From Spirochaetota bacterium (lineage in GTDB: Bacteria; Spirochaetota; UBA4802; UBA5550): a stretch of 64,000 nt of DNA. Below, in pieces: positions 18,968 through 28,679 of this stretch. The DNA lies in NCBI GenBank assembly GCA_963663865.1, contig OY760686.1:2752001-2816000 (forward strand). Reading direction: 5' to 3'. Positions within the stretch are counted from its first letter, which is position 1; the number at the start of each line of letters is the position of its first letter. The notes below the pieces were generated by a model. The model was not told the DNA's origin. It saw only the letters and a program-made list of their open reading frames with translations, and ran no database searches. The translations under genes were made by a program, and so were the position numbers.

Positions 18968-20011
18968 TTAATTTTTGTAGTAGCTGATATACCAGTTTAC
19001 AAATTTTTCAACACCGTCTTCAATTCTCGTTGAAGGCCGATAGCCGAAATCCCTCTCAAGCGGGGAAACATCCGCGTAGGTAGCGTAAACATCACCGGGC
19101 TGCATCGGCATAAGGTTCACTTCCGCCTTACGCCCCATGGCTTTTTCTATGGCCGAAACAAAGTCAAGAAGCTTAACCGGCGAATTGTTGCCTATATTGT
19201 AGATCCGGTACGGAGCTGAGTGATCCTGAGAAGTCTTCCCGTCATTCGAGGCCTCTGATCCCGGCGGGCTGTCGATTACCCTTACTACCCCTTCAATGAT
19301 GTCATCAATATAGGTAAAGTCCCGCTTCATATCTCCGTAGTTATAGAGGTCAATTTTACGCCCTTCTGCAATAGCTTTGACAAAAAGAAAGCAGGCCATA
19401 TCAGGGCGTCCCCATGGGCCATACACGGTAAAGAATCTCAGACCCGTAGCCGGTACCGCGTAAAGATGGCTGTAGGTATGGGCCATTAGCTCGTTGGCCT
19501 TTTTAGTTGCGGCGTATAGACTCGCCGGTCTGTCAACGCAGTCCTCAACGGAAAAAGGAATTTTACTGTTGAGTCCGTACACAGAGGAGCTGCTGGCATA
19601 AACCAGATGCCCGGTTCCGTAATGTCTGCAGCATTCAAGAACATTCATGAATCCGATGATATTGGCGTCGATATAGGCATGAGGGTTTTGCAGGGAATAC
19701 CTGACTCCAGCCTGCGCGGCCAGATTGCATACCGCGTCAAAAGAGTGCTGCCGGAACAGCGACTCCATGGCCTCGCGGTCCTCAAGGTTGACTTTCATGA
19801 AGGAATAAGCGCTGTATTTTGAGGATGATACCGGCACACCGTATTCAAACGGACCCTCTATTCCAGCCTCTGTCAGTCTCGCGTGTTTTAGTAACACGTC
19901 GTAGTAGTCATTAATGCTGTCAACACCTACGACTTCATCCCCCCTTTCAAGAAGCCTTCGCGCAAGATAATATCCGATAAAACCGGCCGTCCCGGTAACA
20001 AGAATTTTCAT
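18968..20011 (-). CDS. UDP-glucuronate 4-epimerase (NAD-dependent epimerase)
   Basis: GTAGFIG, NLAAQAGVRYS, YASSSSVYG, YAATKKANE, RFFTVYGPWGRPDMA. Confidence 0.92.
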   Translation of the reverse strand: MKILVTGTAGFIGYYLARRLLERGDEVVGVDSINDYYDVLLKHARLTEAGIEGPFEYGVPVSSSKYSAYSFMKVNLEDREAMESLFRQHSFDAVCNLAAQAGVRYSLQNPHAYIDANIIGFMNVLECCRHYGTGHLVYASSSSVYGLNSKIPFSVEDCVDRPASLYAATKKANELMAHTYSHLYAVPATGLRFFTVYGPWGRPDMACFLFVKAIAEGRKIDLYNYGDMKRDFTYIDDIIEGVVRVIDSPPGSEASNDGKTSQDHSAPYRIYNIGNNSPVKLLDFVSAIEKAMGRKAEVNLMPMQPGDVYATYADVSPLERDFGYRPSTRIEDGVEKFVNWYISYYKN

Positions 20012-21339
20012 TTAACAGCAACACCTATCTGATAGTATTCAAAGCCGAGTTCTTCAAGACGGGATGTGTTAAACTGGTTCCTTCCGTCAAAAATAACCGG
20101 TTCTTTCATTCTCTTTTTAATTTCATCAAAGTCCGGACTTCTGAACTCCTTCCACTCTGTGATCAGAAGCATGGCATCGCAGTCGTTGACAGCGGTGTAC
20201 TTGCTGTCAAAGTACTCAAGGTTCTCAAGGCCCTTAAGATAGCATCGCCTGGCCTGCTCCACAGCCTTGGGATCGTGGGCTCTGATTTTGGCTCCTCTGG
20301 CAACAAGCTCTCTTATTATGTAGATGCTTGGAGCCTCTCTCATATCGTCTGTTCCGGGCTTGAAAGCCAGCCCCCACACCGCAAAGGTTTTACCCGCCAG
20401 GTTTTCACCGAAACGCCTGACGACCTTTTCAACAAGCACAAGCTTCTGGCGGGCGTTTACCTCTTCAACTGATTTGATAAGCGCCGGCGTATAACCTGTG
20501 TCAGCCGCGGCCTTGATGAGGGCCTGAACGTCCTTCGGAAAACAACTGCCTCCGTAGCCGCATCCGGGGTATATAAAGCTGTATCCAATCCTGCTGTCAC
20601 TGCCTATTCCAGCGCGCACCATGTTCACATCGGCGCCCAGCCTCTCGCAGATATTTGCTATCTCGTTCATAAAGCTAATTTTTGTAGCGAGCATTGCATT
20701 AGCTGTGTATTTCGTCATTTCGGCGCTTCTGACATCCATTGCGACAAACCTCGAATGGTTAACCGTAAACGGGGCATAGAGCTCCTTCATAATATCAAGC
20801 GCCCTCTCATTGTCCGAACCGATTATTACACGATCAGGCTTCATGCAGTCAGCCACCGCGGCTCCCTCTTTTAGGAACTCCGGATTGCTGACAACATCGA
20901 ACTTCAGTTCCGACTTCCTGATATCCAGCTCATCCTGCACTGTTTTTCTAACGAGATCGGCAGTCCCCACCGGAACCGTGGATTTATCCACAATAATCAT
21001 ATCATGAACCATAAATCTTCCGATAGACTTTGCCACCTCAAGCACATATTTCAGATCCGCGCTTCCATCCTCACCCATGGGAGTACCTACGGCAATAAAA
21101 GCTATTGAGGTTTTCTGAAGCGCCTCTGATATATCTGTCGTGAAATTGAGAGTTCCCTTCCGGGTGTTTTCCAGAACCATGTCCTCAAGCCCAGGTTCGT
21201 AAATGGGGATTACGCCTTTTTTCAGGCCTTCAATCTTTCCGGTGTCAGTGTCGACGCAAAAAACGGTGTTTCCCATCTCCGCGAAGCATGTCCCCGAGAC
21301 CAGCCCCACATAACCCGTGCCAACTATTGTGAGTTTCAT
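20008..21339 (-). CDS. ugd: UDP-glucose 6-dehydrogenase
   Basis: GTGYVGL, KSTVPVGT, SNPEFLKEG, GYGGSCFPKD, GLAFKPGTDDMREAP. Confidence 0.93.
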   Translation of the reverse strand: MKLTIVGTGYVGLVSGTCFAEMGNTVFCVDTDTGKIEGLKKGVIPIYEPGLEDMVLENTRKGTLNFTTDISEALQKTSIAFIAVGTPMGEDGSADLKYVLEVAKSIGRFMVHDMIIVDKSTVPVGTADLVRKTVQDELDIRKSELKFDVVSNPEFLKEGAAVADCMKPDRVIIGSDNERALDIMKELYAPFTVNHSRFVAMDVRSAEMTKYTANAMLATKISFMNEIANICERLGADVNMVRAGIGSDSRIGYSFIYPGCGYGGSCFPKDVQALIKAAADTGYTPALIKSVEEVNARQKLVLVEKVVRRFGENLAGKTFAVWGLAFKPGTDDMREAPSIYIIRELVARGAKIRAHDPKAVEQARRCYLKGLENLEYFDSKYTAVNDCDAMLLITEWKEFRSPDFDEIKKRMKEPVIFDGRNQFNTSRLEELGFEYYQIGVAVK

Positions 21340-21515
21340 GTTATATCTCCAATTTTCGTTTATTCAGTTAATTATATCCGGGAAATCCGCTTCTCATCCG
21401 CGCCCGGGTGAGAATATTCGGTTTGCCGATTTTGCCGGAAAATCCGTCAGCATCACGAATATTATACTCATATTTTGATAGGGAGGATTTGTAAACGATA
21501 TTTTCATGAGGGCCG

Positions 21516-23108
21516 TTAAGGGTGAAAGCAGTCCTGTTCAACGGCAAACTTGTATAAGCAGGCCTTTTTATCCAGTTTCCCGCTGCCTGTTTTGGGAAGC
21601 GTGGCGGCGATATAAATCACTGCAGGCATGGAATATGCCGGCAGCATCGGAGAAAGCGCCCTTTTCAGCTGTTCGCTGCCGGTTTCGGCCTCGACTGGAG
21701 AAGCAAACAGCAGAATTCTCTTACCCATAAGCTCGTCATTAACCGCGGCGGCTGCCGCCTCTACGACGAGCCCGGTTGCGTAAGCAGCGGCTTCAACGTC
21801 CTTCAGATTTACACGGTGGCCCCCGCATTTTATAAGGTCATCTGAACGGCCGGTTACGTATAAGAAGCCGTCTCCATCCTCATAACCGATATCGCCCGTA
21901 AAGTACCAGCCGCCCTTCAGGACTGACGCGGTAAGCTCCGGGTCATTCCAGTACCCCTTCATAATATTGGCACCCCTCGCGGCAAGCATGCCCTGTTTCC
22001 CTGCCGGACATTCCCGGCCGTCATCGCCGACTACTTTCACTTCAACCCCGTCAATCGGAATGCCTATCGACTCAATTTTTTCATTAAAATAACGCGGGGG
22101 CATAACTGTCAGCCTGGCTGAAGCCTCTGTAGCTCCGTACATTATGTATATATCCGTATGTTCAGGAAGTGCCTCTCTCAGGGCTTTTTTAACGTTCACC
22201 GGCATGTGTCCGCCGGCCTGAGAGCAGTATCGAAGACCGGGAAGCCTGTCCCTGTATGACCGCAGCGGAGACCTGTTGAGAAGATATGCATAAGTGGAAG
22301 GCACCCCCGAAAAGGCGGTAACTCCCTCCTCGGCCATTTCCTTAAGAACCGCTGCGGGATAGGCGAATGAGTTGTTTATTACGATTCTCGCTCCAGCGGC
22401 GATGTGGGTGTTTAGAAGCGATTTGCCCATAGCGTAGTAAAACGGAAGAACAACCATCTGCACATCATCCGGGGTAATATTGAGAGCAGATATTATTGAG
22501 CGGGTATTAGCCGACACCGCCTCATGTGTCAGCATAACTCCCCTGGGGCCTCCGGTAGAACCCGACGTGTAAAGAAAAGAGCACACAGAATCGGGCTCGC
22601 AGTCTTTCATCGGGTTCGCTGCCGGCATAGAACTTTCAAGCTCTCTGTATTTTATCACATCAGCGCCCTCAATATGGAGGGCTTCATCATCAGTAACGAC
22701 AGTGTTTATTCCTGACTCAGGCAAGAGCAGCTGAGGCAGCATCGCCGAAAAGGAAGCCGAAGTAAAGAGCACACGGGCCTGCAGGTCGGTTATAACAGCG
22801 CTGAGCCTTTCCGGAGGCTCTCCGGCATTCAGCGCGACCGCGATACAGCCCGCCTTCATAATCCCGTAGTATACCGCCATGTACCGGAAGCTGTTGTGGA
22901 GAAGGAAGGCCGCCCGCGAACCGGGTTCATAACCGTTCCTGATATGAAACCACGCATAGCTGTTTGCGAGTTCATTAAGCTCTCTATACGATATCCTTTG
23001 ACCGCCGCACACAGCCGCCGTCTTTTCCGGACAGGCTTCAGCGCTTTTTTCAAGGAAGCCGTGAACTCTCTCACCAGCGTTATTATGCATTGTAACCCCT
23101 TCAGGCAT
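21516..23108 (-). CDS. Class I adenylate-forming enzyme (acyl-CoA/AMP ligase)
   Basis: YTSGSTGGPRGV, MYGATEA, TGD, GRSDDLIKCGGHRV, LPKTGSGKLD. Confidence 0.9.
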   Translation of the reverse strand: MPEGVTMHNNAGERVHGFLEKSAEACPEKTAAVCGGQRISYRELNELANSYAWFHIRNGYEPGSRAAFLLHNSFRYMAVYYGIMKAGCIAVALNAGEPPERLSAVITDLQARVLFTSASFSAMLPQLLLPESGINTVVTDDEALHIEGADVIKYRELESSMPAANPMKDCEPDSVCSFLYTSGSTGGPRGVMLTHEAVSANTRSIISALNITPDDVQMVVLPFYYAMGKSLLNTHIAAGARIVINNSFAYPAAVLKEMAEEGVTAFSGVPSTYAYLLNRSPLRSYRDRLPGLRYCSQAGGHMPVNVKKALREALPEHTDIYIMYGATEASARLTVMPPRYFNEKIESIGIPIDGVEVKVVGDDGRECPAGKQGMLAARGANIMKGYWNDPELTASVLKGGWYFTGDIGYEDGDGFLYVTGRSDDLIKCGGHRVNLKDVEAAAYATGLVVEAAAAAVNDELMGKRILLFASPVEAETGSEQLKRALSPMLPAYSMPAVIYIAATLPKTGSGKLDKKACLYKFAVEQDCFHP

Positions 23109-23165
23109 TTTTCAGGAATATTGAGCACCCAATAAATGCGGTCAAGATAAAAAGCCGGTGCACAA

Positions 23166-23852
23166 TCACTTGGTTTCCTTAAAGAGAAATTTTACCGGAT
23201 GTTTTTTCAGTTCGACTGAAATCTCATCGAGCGTGGCAGAGGTCTTCCTGAGCGTCTGAAGGGTTTCGATTATATCCTTCTGAGAACCGTCAAGGATTGT
23301 GTTGATACTTGTAATCCCCCCCACAAGTCCGTCCGTAATAGCTCTGATATTGGTTCTGCTTTCACCCAAAATTGAGTGAGCTTCCGAAGCAGTAAGGTTC
23401 AGCCTGACCAGAAGCTGCTCAAGGTGGACAAGGATGGCAGTCAGCCCGGCATATTCAATCCCCTCAATCACATCGCCGTTAAGAAGAGGGGCTGACCTGA
23501 TGTCAGGATTGCTAATCTCAATTGCCGGGTCACCTAGAACATTCTGGTTCTGAATAACGGCTGTGCAGTCTTCGTACAGTTCAATATCTCTGCTAATCCG
23601 CATGGTCGCGAGGAAGTGAAGCACAGGCTTGTAGACAGGCTTTGCTTCAACGACGCGGCCTATCTGATAACCCTTTATCATAACCGGGGTGCCTTTCTTG
23701 ACCGAAGAAAGGCTGTCGACTTTCAAATAGACATCTATCGTAGAAGTGAAAAGTGAATAACCCAGCTTCAGCATGACAATCATTACGATTGCCACGACAG
23801 GAATGAGAACAAAGAGTCCCACCCGGAGTTCATTTTTTTCTATTTTCCTCAT
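23166..23852 (-). CDS. mlaD: MlaD/MCE family protein
   Basis: ELRVGLFV TM, GTPVMIKGYQIGRV, QNVLGD, coiled-coil tail ending HPVKFLF. Confidence 0.85.
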   Translation of the reverse strand: MRKIEKNELRVGLFVLIPVVAIVMIVMLKLGYSLFTSTIDVYLKVDSLSSVKKGTPVMIKGYQIGRVVEAKPVYKPVLHFLATMRISRDIELYEDCTAVIQNQNVLGDPAIEISNPDIRSAPLLNGDVIEGIEYAGLTAILVHLEQLLVRLNLTASEAHSILGESRTNIRAITDGLVGGITSINTILDGSQKDIIETLQTLRKTSATLDEISVELKKHPVKFLFKETK

Positions 23853-23901
23853 ATTGTATTCCAGTAAATCAGCTCATTCTTATCGTTTCGATATGTGTGG
23901 T

Positions 23902-24669
23902 TCAAAGTATCACCATGGGGCCCTTTGCCGACCTTTCCCGGTACTGTTTAATGTACAAATTGTCAGATCCCAGAAATTCGTCCCTGTTACCCTCAAAAAC
24001 CACCCTGCCGGCAAAAAACATAACAAATCTATCTGAAATTTCAAGAAACTTTTCAGGCCTGAATGTAACAAAGATCATTGACTTGCTGCTGTCAGCCGCC
24101 CTCTCGGAAAGTTTTTCTCTGAATGAATGGACATTCAGCGGCGACTGCCCCTCAAGAATGTGCTGAAGGAAAAGGACATCGGGATCAAGCGCTATCGCCC
24201 TCGCGTAAGCCGTCCTCAGAGATTCCGAAGGGGATAAGTCAATAGGCCGGTTTTTCTTGCAGTAGTCAAGATTCATCTCGTCAATCAGGTGATTAACCCT
24301 GCTCTTGATCTCCGGAGCCATGAGGTTGGAGTGATACTGAAGAGGCAGTCCGATATTCGCTTCCACGCTCATGTTGCTGATAAGGCCGTATCCCTGGTGG
24401 ACGTAGCCTATCCTGCTCCTGTAGTTATACGTCTCAAGATAGTCAAAGTCCCTGATGCTTCGGCCCATAAAGAAAATATCACCAGTTATATCCTTCTCAA
24501 ATCCCATCAGAGAGACAAGAATCGATCCAATTCCGGAATTCTCAGTTCCAAAAAAAACAATTCGCTCTCCCCTCTTTAACGAAAAGCTCAGGTTCTTGAC
24601 GGCCTTGTTACCGTCTACTTTAATTGTAAGGTCCTCAGCCCTGATCAGTTCTTCATTTGCCACGCTCAT
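23902..24669 (-). CDS. MlaF-like ABC ATP-binding protein with degenerate motifs
   Basis: ABC fold (IGYVHQ Q-loop, LISNMSVEANIGLPL, ARAIALDP) between mlaE and mlaD, but Walker A/B and signature are altered. Confidence 0.75.
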   Translation of the reverse strand: MSVANEELIRAEDLTIKVDGNKAVKNLSFSLKRGERIVFFGTENSGIGSILVSLMGFEKDITGDIFFMGRSIRDFDYLETYNYRSRIGYVHQGYGLISNMSVEANIGLPLQYHSNLMAPEIKSRVNHLIDEMNLDYCKKNRPIDLSPSESLRTAYARAIALDPDVLFLQHILEGQSPLNVHSFREKLSERAADSSKSMIFVTFRPEKFLEISDRFVMFFAGRVVFEGNRDEFLGSDNLYIKQYRERSAKGPMVIL

Positions 24670-24678
24670 TCTCCGTTC

Positions 24679-25485
24679 TCAGACATAAAACAACAGCGAA
24701 ACCGCCATATTTATAACTACGATCACGGCAAATGTCTTTATTACAGCGCTCGACACAAAGATCGGCACCTCGAATTTGGATTTAGGCTTGAATCCGTAGT
24801 AACAGCAAATCAGCGGTATAAGAATGCCGTATATCACACTCTTAAGCAAAGTCGCTATGAGATCTTTCAGGCTGAAAGAGTCAAGCAGCGCCTGAAAAAA
24901 AACATCAATCGGCATGTAGACCGATATCTTTGATATAAGAAAACCGCCCGCGAATGCAACAAGGTCAAAAAGCACAATAAGTGAAAAGATTGAGATTATA
25001 CTGGCCGCTATTCTCGGGAAGACTATGTAGAGCTTGGTGTCAATGCCCATTATCTCAAGTGAAAGTATCTCGCCGCTCTGCTTCTGTGTCGCCAGCTCGG
25101 CCGTGATGGCTGAACCGGAGCGTCCGACAACGATAAGAGCGGTTACAAGCGGCCCCAGCTCGCGCGCAATGATTATAACCATCATATTGCCGAGAAAGCC
25201 CTCAATGCCGAACTTGGGGAGCGATGTCATAGACTGAATAATTACTGTCGCGCCTGCAAGCAGCGCTATGAAAAAAACAAAAGGAAGCGCGTCTATCCCG
25301 GTAAACCTGGTCTGATTGAGAATGGTGCCGTAAACAGACCTGAACTTCAGATACCTGAAGGACCTGAAGGAAACAACAATGGACTTTAGATAGTCCCTGA
25401 AGTCCCTTACCCCCCTGTACGTCATGATGACCTTTCTGCCTGCGTACGCCGCCGTCCGAGTTAGTCCCATCACAAAATCCGCCAA
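24679..25485 (-). CDS. mlaE: MlaE family ABC permease
   Basis: RELGPLVTALIVVGRSGSAITAEL, PRI; TTG start. Confidence 0.88.
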   Translation of the reverse strand: MADFVMGLTRTAAYAGRKVIMTYRGVRDFRDYLKSIVVSFRSFRYLKFRSVYGTILNQTRFTGIDALPFVFFIALLAGATVIIQSMTSLPKFGIEGFLGNMMVIIIARELGPLVTALIVVGRSGSAITAELATQKQSGEILSLEIMGIDTKLYIVFPRIAASIISIFSLIVLFDLVAFAGGFLISKISVYMPIDVFFQALLDSFSLKDLIATLLKSVIYGILIPLICCYYGFKPKSKFEVPIFVSSAVIKTFAVIVVINMAVSLLFYV

Positions 25486-25647
25486 AGATTAATATTGGGA
25501 TACTCTATCGCGGCATCCGCTATCAGTAAAGAAATAAAACCCGGGGTTCAAATCAAAAATGTATTGATGAAAAAAACGCCTCCGGAGTAACCTCCGGACA
25601 GGTTTTAACAGAAAGCCTGAAATCTCATTCACAGACCGGGACTTTTA

Positions 25648-27093
25648 ATGAACTTCAACGATAGAATCAGGATTTTTACAGCCGTATCCGCAATCTGCCT
25701 TCTTTTGACAGTAGCCCTTCACATCAACAGAGCGCCTATACATCGGGGAGCAGAAAGCTTGATTTCCTCTGTTTTCGAGCTATACGAAACGGCCCGTTAC
25801 GGCAAACCGGACCGGCCTGCCGGGCCGCCACTCTACGAAAGCCCTTACCGCGGCATACCCGCCGCTTTCATGCGCGCAGGCAGCCTGCTGCTGTATCAGG
25901 TTGCGGAAGGGACAACACTTGACGAGGCTGTCACTAAGTGTATTGACTATACAGTCTACCCGGACAGAGGCACTCTGAGACGGGAGATTATAAAGGCAAA
26001 CGGGCTTTCATCAAAAACTCCGCTGCCGAAAGTCCTCATAATACCCGGAGCTTGGTCCCCTCTTGAGATTGCCATCTCAAACAGCGAACCGGCCCCCATA
26101 CAGGAAGTAAGAGCGATCTACCTGACAGGGCCGGCTACCGGCAGAAGCGCGCTTCTGAACAGGCTGAAGGCCCTCAAATCAATAGGGGTCAATGGAATAT
26201 GCTTTGACGTCAAGGATATTCCCGGAATCATTTCGTACAGGACTGAGATCCCGGAATCATTGAAATACGGAACATCCCCGCGCCGGACTTCAATCGACAA
26301 CCCCGGACTTCTTCTGCGGCGATGCGCTGAAGCAGGCATTTACACCATAGCAAGGATCGCCGTCTTTCACGATCACCTTCTCGCCAAACAGCAGCCCTCA
26401 TTTGCGATCAGGTCAAAACGCACCGGAGGAGTCTGGAACAAAGGAAGAAGGGAAATATGGTGCGACCCTACAAACAAATCGGTTCAGGACTACAACATAG
26501 CCCTCGCCGTGGAAATGGCAAAAATGGGAGCCGATGAGATACAGTTCGACTACATACGCTTCCCGACAACTGGAGATCTGAAGGACGCCTCCTACGCCTA
26601 TGACTTCGGCAAAATGAGCAATGAAAACGCGATAGCGCACTTTCTGAAACGTGCATCAGCTGAAATCAAAAAGCATAACACAAGGCTGTCCATTGACATT
26701 TATGGAGTCGTGGCCTGGGGCAAAGAGGTCGACATACGCGTTACGGGCCAGCAAATCGCTCTGCTCTCTCCGCACTGCGACTACATCTCTCCGATGCTCT
26801 ATCCGTCCCATTTCAATGATGGTTTCGACGGCTATGGGAACCCGGGTGATCATCCGTACCGCTTTATGAAAGAGGGAGTCGCGAGGGTCCTTGCAAGGGC
26901 CGGCAAGGGCAATGCCGCAATAAGGCCGTGGCTTCAGGCCTTCGGCTGGAGGGTCACTAACTATAACGCTGACTACATTCTGGAACAGATAAAGGCCGTT
27001 TACGATTCTGGCGGAACAGGCTTTCTCTTCTGGAACGCCTCAAGCAGCTATGATACGGTCTACCGGGCAATGATGCAGAGGTATAAACGGTGA
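25648..27093 (+). CDS. Putative glycoside hydrolase (DUF4015-like TIM barrel) with N-terminal anchor and LysM-like segment
   Basis: VRAIYLT, FDVKD, IARIAVFHD, DEIQFDYIRFP, SPMLYPSH, RPWLQAF, FLFWNA. Confidence 0.78.
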   Translation: MNFNDRIRIFTAVSAICLLLTVALHINRAPIHRGAESLISSVFELYETARYGKPDRPAGPPLYESPYRGIPAAFMRAGSLLLYQVAEGTTLDEAVTKCIDYTVYPDRGTLRREIIKANGLSSKTPLPKVLIIPGAWSPLEIAISNSEPAPIQEVRAIYLTGPATGRSALLNRLKALKSIGVNGICFDVKDIPGIISYRTEIPESLKYGTSPRRTSIDNPGLLLRRCAEAGIYTIARIAVFHDHLLAKQQPSFAIRSKRTGGVWNKGRREIWCDPTNKSVQDYNIALAVEMAKMGADEIQFDYIRFPTTGDLKDASYAYDFGKMSNENAIAHFLKRASAEIKKHNTRLSIDIYGVVAWGKEVDIRVTGQQIALLSPHCDYISPMLYPSHFNDGFDGYGNPGDHPYRFMKEGVARVLARAGKGNAAIRPWLQAFGWRVTNYNADYILEQIKAVYDSGGTGFLFWNASSSYDTVYRAMMQRYKR

Positions 27094-27146
27094 TTTTTTT
27101 TTGGGGGGGGGGATAATAACCTTCCCCGCCCCGGCGCGTTACAAAC

Positions 27147-28679
27147 CTAACGGAACAGATTTTGCAGAAAAGGAAGCATCGATATATCGTTCAGAATAAC
27201 AGCAACTCCCAGCACGATCAGAATTAAAACCCCCGCAGTCTGAATCCGTTCCATAATCTCTTTTTTTAGGGGCTTCCCGCGAATGGCCTCAATCGTATAA
27301 AAGACAATATGGCTTCCGTCAACAGCTGGAATAGGGAGAAGGTTCATCACCATAAGGATAATAGAAATCTTGGCCATCAGAAGAATGAAAGCTGACAATC
27401 CCTTATAGTAAGCAACATCTCCGGCAATCTTCGCGATCCTTATCGGCCCCGAGACATTCTCTCTGACGCTCATCCCGCCAGAGAACATCATGCCAAGGCC
27501 TTTAAGGTTCATGACAATGAAGTCATAAGGCTCAACGACCGCCCTTGCCAGACCGGAGAGTGCTCCGTACTGAACCTCAACCATATCGGGCGCGAGAGCC
27601 GGGTATATTCCGGCGAAACCCCGGTCTTCAACCGACATTGGCCCCTTGAGTTCAGCATCTCTGATTTTGAGCTTCACCTCTTTGCCGGTGTTCTTTTCAG
27701 CCTCTTCCATAAGGCTGTCAAAGGAATACACAGTCTTCCCGTCAAGGGTCACATCCATTTCCTTGACTGCCTGCTTAAGCAGTCCTGAATATGCTACCGT
27801 TTCTCCGCCAATGATTAAAGACCTGTCCTTCCTCGGCGTAAGCTCAATGTCAACTTTCTCGTCTTCCCTCATAACGGCAACCTTAACAGTTTTGCCGGCC
27901 ATACCCTTTAAATACGAGGTAAAATCGTCCGGAGAACTAACCTTTTTCCCGTCCACCTCAAGAATATGGTCCATGTATGCAAGGCCGGCTTTTTCAGCCG
28001 GCTCGCCCGGCACGAGACCGCCGACAACAGTCCTGGAACCATACGGAAGCACGCCTATTACATAACGCCCTGAATCCGGAGACTTATCCGGAACGACAGA
28101 AAAGCTCAGAGTATTTCCGTCCCTGCTCACCTCTATTTCAAGGGCTTCTCCGCTGCTGAAAACAACGCCTGCCTGAATATCATCAAAGCCGGTTACCGTC
28201 TTCCCGTTGATTGCCGTAATTGTATCCCCGTCACGCATCCCGGCCTTATAGGCGCTTGAGATATATGAACCTGTTGTTATCTGCTCAGGTATTGATATTC
28301 GGTTGGTTTCCTTGGTATATCCTGTCAGATTCATTATGTAGAAGAGGATAATGCCAAAAAAAAGATTAAAAAGAGGGCCCATCAGAACAGTCACAATTCG
28401 TCTCCAGGGGGCTGCTGAAAGAAACTCAAAGCCCTTGCCTTCCCTCTTTTCCGAGGGATCCTCACCGTAAAACTGGCAATATCCACCGAAGGGAATAAGG
28501 GTAACCTGGTAGGTTGTATCGCCGATTTTCTTCTTTAGAATTCCCCGTCCATATCCCATTGAAAAAACCCTGGCCTTTATTCCGACCATTTTCCCGCCGA
28601 GAAGATGTCCCAGCTCATGAATAAATATGCAGAGTCCGAGTAAAATTACCGCCGAAGCGATATAAGTGATTATCATCAT
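27147..28679 (-). CDS. rseP: RIP metalloprotease RseP with PDZ domains
   Basis: HELGH, IPFGGY, GPLFN, NLLPIPAVDG; follows dxr. Confidence 0.93.
   Translation of the reverse strand: MMIITYIASAVILLGLCIFIHELGHLLGGKMVGIKARVFSMGYGRGILKKKIGDTTYQVTLIPFGGYCQFYGEDPSEKREGKGFEFLSAAPWRRIVTVLMGPLFNLFFGIILFYIMNLTGYTKETNRISIPEQITTGSYISSAYKAGMRDGDTITAINGKTVTGFDDIQAGVVFSSGEALEIEVSRDGNTLSFSVVPDKSPDSGRYVIGVLPYGSRTVVGGLVPGEPAEKAGLAYMDHILEVDGKKVSSPDDFTSYLKGMAGKTVKVAVMREDEKVDIELTPRKDRSLIIGGETVAYSGLLKQAVKEMDVTLDGKTVYSFDSLMEEAEKNTGKEVKLKIRDAELKGPMSVEDRGFAGIYPALAPDMVEVQYGALSGLARAVVEPYDFIVMNLKGLGMMFSGGMSVRENVSGPIRIAKIAGDVAYYKGLSAFILLMAKISIILMVMNLLPIPAVDGSHIVFYTIEAIRGKPLKKEIMERIQTAGVLILIVLGVAVILNDISMLPFLQNLFR

Noticed and set aside
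25541-25560. GGTTCAAATC resembling a tRNA T-loop
   Set aside because: No T-stem pairing and no acceptor or anticodon arms
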